Below are positions 57,946 through 58,278 of a stretch of 58,278 nucleotides of DNA, in pieces. The first letter of the stretch is position 1. Every line of letters starts with the position of its first letter. Made by a program: the position numbers and the translations under genes. The stretch lies in assembly GCA_030637745.1 (NCBI GenBank), contig DAOWFX010000015.1, forward strand, positions 1 through 58,278, read 5' to 3'. The notes beneath the pieces are model-generated. The model saw only the letters and a list, made by a program, of their open reading frames with translations, made no database searches and was not told where the DNA came from. This DNA comes from Clostridia bacterium. GTDB taxonomy: Bacteria; Bacillota; Clostridia; Christensenellales; UMGS416.

Positions 57946-58278
57946 CTTTCCTCCTTGAAACAAGTATATAGTATCCTGCATCCTTCTTGATAGTTTCACA
58001 ATTGCAGAAAGTTTCTTGCATTAATTTTTTGATGCTGGAAGCGCCTTGCTTTTTCTGAACGACTAACCAAAGTTCTCCACCTTCATTAAGGTAGTCTTTT
58101 GCATTTTCAATCCATGGATAGTATGCTTTCTTTCCTGCACGAATCGGTGGGTTGGTGATGATAATGTCAAACGTTCCATCAATTTGTGTGTATCCATCCG
58201 ATGCGATGATGTCTGCTTTAGCATTATTTGCTTTAGCATTATTTTCTGCCAAGGATACTGCTCTTTGATTGATATCTG
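57929..58278 (-). CDS. RsmC/YbxB-like small methyltransferase; N-terminus lies beyond the window end
   Basis: DINQRA, TNPPIRAGK, VQKKQGASS. Confidence 0.88.
   Translation of the reverse strand, partial: DINQRAVSLAENNAKANNAKADIIASDGYTQIDGTFDIIITNPPIRAGKKAYYPWIENAKDYLNEGGELWLVVQKKQGASSIKKLMQETFCNCETIKKDAGYYILVSRRKDDSDI

Overview
Chromosomal window of a low-GC anaerobic Firmicute (Clostridia-like gene content, sigma-A promoters, T-box). It holds about 55 mostly housekeeping or metabolic genes: leuA with a Leu T-box, tdh-kbl, deoC, recF, radA-yacL, a short alaS, a TetR-regulated ABC exporter pair and a ccdA-tlpA-msrB redox operon. I saw no rRNA, tRNA, CRISPR array, integrase or transposase. Best candidates for something new: (1) a sugar isomerase + glycyl-radical enzyme + activase operon whose GRE has a non-canonical GCHWC Cys loop; (2) an AT-rich accessory array downstream of deoC, with an att-like duplicate of the deoC 3' end, repeated inter-gene motifs, duplicated genes and pseudogenes; (3) a TRAP/HutP-like NAG-repeat attenuator ahead of a sodium:solute symporter; (4) a DUF4145/HEPN-like + TM + NPCBM-like membrane protein; (5) dispersed hairpin repeats, one pair with compensatory base changes. 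All product calls come from recognising motifs by eye; no database searches were run.
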